DNA from: Takakia lepidozioides
Lineage: Eukaryota; Plantae; Bryophyta
NCBI GenBank assembly: GCA_030704615.1
Contig: CM060734.1
Span: forward strand, 39,742,001 to 39,806,000
Length of the DNA stretch: 64,000 nt
Reading direction: 5' to 3'
Positions 60,171 to 64,000 of this stretch are shown here, in pieces (the first letter of the stretch is position 1; each line of letters starts with the position of its first letter). The notes under the pieces are model-generated. The model searched no databases. It had not been told where the DNA came from and saw only the letters and a program-made list of their open reading frames with translations. The position numbers and the translations under genes are program-made.

Positions 60171-60880
60171 CCGCTGCAACTGTTGCCTTTAGGTGACCAT
60201 CTACCGATGCAGGTTTCTTGTAGCTATTGATCCACAGGGAATCATAGGTAATTTGGAGCTTGAAGTTCTAGGAAACACCCAACTCAACTTATCACACTAG
60301 TTTGTATGCTCAATTGCATCTGCTACTCTCTGTAATCCAACAGGCATTCACCTTTTTGCCTCAGTTGTCCCACCATTAACTGGGGTCAGGAAAAGTATTC
60401 ATTCCACAACTTCTCATCAGCTCTATTACATGTTTCTGGATACTTTCCTGTTGTCACGTTGGCCGTATCATGTCATTCACTCCAAACTATCAAAGGTTCA
60501 TTCAACCAGCTAACATGCAGAATTCAACACGGAAATTTAGGGCCGACTCTGATAAGAGGAAAAAACAGGGTGAAATGTGTTGAAGAAGGTGCTTTCATTA
60601 GCAATGTCTGACCGCTGCCGCTGCGGGTTGCAGTTGACCATCTGTTTCTTGTACCTGTCCTTCCACAGGGAATCATAGGTGATCTGGAGCTTGAAATCCG
60701 GCCCTCTTAGATGAATCTGGACCCACCCTATATCCCTGCTCCTTCAGTTATTTGTGCGGAGAGCCTCTGTCAGTCTGCCTGCCTCACAAAGCATCTTCAC
60801 ATGTGCAGAAGTGCCAGAAGAGGCATTGCGGACTCCCTCTCTTGATCCTCTTTCAGAAGCTGTGGCCATCGTTGAGGTGA
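60030..60880. repeat. Direct duplication of the PPR N-terminal region (about 60030-60270 and about 60610-60880)
   Basis: Both encode RGSREGV.NASSGTS.HVKMLC.A..LTEAL and share the CCACAGGGAATCATAGGT block, in rearranged order. Confidence 0.75.
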
Positions 60881-62439
60881 GCATTCCAGAGCTTCTCCTC
60901 GTCTCTGTTATCTGTTTTTCGATTCTTTCCTGTTGCCACATTGGCAGTAACATGTTAAAATCACTCCAAAACCACCATAGATCCACCAACGAGCTATCTT
61001 GCAGAGTTCAACATCAGAATTTAGGGACGACTCTGATAACAGGACTGAGGGCCAAGTCTCATGAGAGGTAAAATAGGCTGAAACAGGTCGAAGAAGAAGG
61101 TGCCCTCACCACATTGCGTGAAACCCCTCCGCGCTCGAGCACGCCCTTCCCTGCGCTGCTTTTCGGGCATTTCGGGCAGGTTCCAAAGAAATTGACGACG
61201 ACGATGACGTGTTTACGATGACTTGGCTACGATGATGTGGCGACGAAACGTGGCTACGATGATGTGGCACTATGGCACCCTATTCCTGCTCTACGCTTAA
61301 CTAGCTTCCAACCTTCGGTCGTCGCTAGAATTTTGTTCCACTAATTTTTTTTTTCATGAAACTAATGCTTATTTCTGCAAATGTAGCAAGATGACACATA
61401 TTGTACTAACTAGTGGAGGTACATCTTCCAAATTTGGGTGTAGGTATTATCTGGTGTAGATAGATCTAAATTTGGGTTTTTAACGGAGGTGTTATCTGGT
61501 ACAGGTATTATCTAGTGCGGGTATTATCTGGTGTAGGTACATCATGATCTTCGCTCTCATCAGCACTGATGCGTGGTCTCCTCTTGAGGGAGGAGCCAAT
61601 AAACTTGCTCTCAAAGGGCTTCCTCCCCTTTCCCAAAAAGGAAAGAAAAACAAAAAAAAACAAAAAACAAAAGTGTGCTGAACAAGGCGTTCGGACATGC
61701 ACTTAGGCCCTGCCATTTACATAGATAAAATATATATTTTTCATTTATATATTACATCTGATTGGTTTAAGCAATAAGATTTGATGATCGTTTAGATTCT
61801 ACAACCGGGGACGAATAACTAGCACTAGTGGAATGAGGGAGCTCTGCTAGCGTATATTAAGAGAGAAGACTGGGGAGGTCGAGATGATCAGACAATGCAA
61901 GTTAATGTATATTGTTTGCCCCTCTAGAACCCCGCCAAATGAGGTTGTAGTGGTAGAGCAGGAATATGAAGGTGCTCTTTATACCTAGTTAGTTTACGGC
62001 TCCAGGACTTCAAATTGGTCAACCTGTCATGGGTGATGGCTGATTTGACTTGGTCTCCAACAGCAGTTTGTCGATCAGTGGCCTATGTACCGTCTTTAAG
62101 GGCTTAATGCCACTACTGGAATCCTCTATTTTCTGATACAAACTATTTCGAGATAGTACGAGTTACGTGTTTGTGTGGAGGTTGAGAGGTGGTGTTGTCG
62201 TGATCACTGTTTACTGAAACTCCAATAATTTTCCATTGAAGTACTAGTAACTACTCTCTCTGCTGGTGCTGATTCATGGTCAACTACCTAGGTTATCAGA
62301 TCTCGATAAACATCAATTTGCTTTCAAAAGTCTTTACTAGTGCATAGATCTACAGTCAAACCTAGATAAATGTTACATCTTTTTTTGTTATATCATCCTA
62401 AAAGTTATGGTTTTCTTACTCTGTAAAAATATACACTAA

Positions 62440-64000
62440 GGGCCCGGCCGCACATGTCAGTTAGGAAGTCAATTAGGTTAGCTAATTGGTGTTAATGGCA
62501 CGGTGACGGCCGCACCTGCCGATTACGTCGCCCGCTAGCTAACCGGCGATTAACTGACATTAAAATTTGGAACGGGGAGAGGCCGAGATTTAACACCTCC
62601 TCCATGGAGGTGTTAAACCTCGGTCAACAATTAAAAATCGGACAGCGGAGCAGGCGTTCTCATGAACTCGTTCCATCATGAATCAGAGTGCAGGGGCCAT
62701 CGCATTCTTAATCAACTCGTTCTATCAAGTGACTTGTTGGCAACAATCCAACTTTTCCACTGGTCTATCAGATATACATTCGGATTATGAATCTGTACGT
62801 TTCATGCGGGCACAGTCAAGAACCGAGAGCTAACAAATACCTTCGACAATCCAACTTTTCCACTGGTCTATCAGATATACATTCGGATTATGAATCTGTA
62901 CGTTGCATGCGGGCACAGTCAAGAACCGAGAGCTAACAAATACCTTCGACAAGAAGCTTCAAGGCACATAATCATACGCACTTATTCCAACCCTGCAGTC
63001 ACTTTAGACTGCATGGTTGATCTGATTCTATTTCTGCTCTTTGACGTGCACCAACACGAAGCTTGGCTACACCTTCCAAAACTTGACTACACAAAGGTTT
63101 TGTCGCTGGCTGTTCTACACTTATTTATTCTGTTGATGGCAATATGCATTAATGTGGGGGATGTAAGCATCCAGGCAACAGTGATGTGTAACCTCGTAGA
63201 GATCATTAAGGGGAATCCGCCATCCTGACTGGGCTGAATCCTCCTTCTTTTGTCAAGGAGATACAAAAGCCTTTCTACGAAGCGAATGCACAGCTGTTGA
63301 TGATTAATGAACTTTTGCCAGCACTTGCTGGGGCCTTGGCTGCAATCAGTGACCATTGATACTGCTCAAGAGAGCTGAGTCTTACAAAACACAAACTCAA
63401 ACATACGGCTACTAGGCAACCTGCATGTAATCGCAATGGATCACATAAGGGCAGTCTAGGAAAGTTTTGAACTTGGTGCTTTGATTACAAAGTACATCTT
63501 CAGTCATATGCTGTGGGTATGAAGACCTTACAAAGAGCCAGACTTTAATTATCAAAGTCTCGTATTTTGCTTCATCATGTCTTTGGGCTCCTCCATATTG
63601 TAGCTGAGACTGTGCATTCTTGGCAAGGCATCCAGTCACCATACAACAGATCAAGCCGGTTTGCTAAGCCCTGGCTGGATTGGTTAAAGTGGACCCTACT
63701 ATTTTCCATGTTTGTTTGGAGGTCCCTGGCATTTATCATTAGCTTGAAAACGGCTGCCATATGTGAATGAAGATCTTGCATATTTTAAGGTCTTGGATTC
63801 ATAATGACATAGGTTGGACAGAGCCACAGACATAGCTTGTGCGCACGAGGAGAGAGAAGATGGCGATGCCGTCGTGCAGGCAGGAAACCAGTTCGGGCAG
63901 CAGCGCGGCTAACAAACCGCATTGCACCAGTTAAACTTAACTAGCATGTGCAGCCGGCGATTAATTAACTATCCGGCCAGTCACGTAACTGACCGGTTAG
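62440..64000. mobile_element. Possible non-autonomous PIF/Harbinger-like TIR element running off the window end
   Basis: TAA then GGGCCCGGCCGCAC at the start; related CCGGCGATTAA/GGCCGCAC motifs recur near 62510-62550 and 63945-64000. Confidence 0.35.
62743..62948 (+). repeat. Tandem duplication, 2 x 103 bp
   Basis: 62743-62845 and 62846-62948 are near-identical (one visible substitution). Confidence 0.95.

Noticed and set aside
61190-61545. CACTA/MITE end with short repeats (CGATGATGTGGC; TTATCTGGTGTAGGTA)
   Set aside because: Short repeats are present but I could not find paired termini or a TSD.

Overview
Eukaryotic land-plant DNA, inferred from PLS/DYW-type PPR fragments and a phi-class GST with plant intron positions; a non-seed plant is plausible but not provable from this window. 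Most of it is a nested transposon cluster. (1) 1-11076: a decayed, very long non-LTR retrotransposon (Dualen/RandI-like) whose ORF2 carries an AP endonuclease, RT, a chromodomain, a PCIF1/CAPAM-like adenine-methyltransferase-fold segment, RNase H, a CCHC finger and a restriction-like endonuclease, followed by a structured 3' UTR that is split by a solo LTR. (2) Three partial copies of a Ty3/gypsy family ('family A') with a DNMT3-like C5 cytosine methyltransferase between protease and RT and a PHD finger after integrase. This family has a self-complementary (tRNA-independent) PBS and circularly permuted 'split' LTRs (B...A-B-A). (3) A truncated tRNA-iMet-primed gypsy ('family B'). (4) A complete TSD-flanked 14.3-kb gypsy ('family C') with a captured intron-containing GST fragment and a long extra ORF. 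(5) A hAT (BED/DUF659) transposon with palindromic repeat arrays and a second ORF. (6) Two PPR gene pieces on the minus strand flanking the nest. Essentially all frames are broken by stops or indels, some of which may be long-read assembly errors. All domain calls come from motif recognition by eye; no searches were run.
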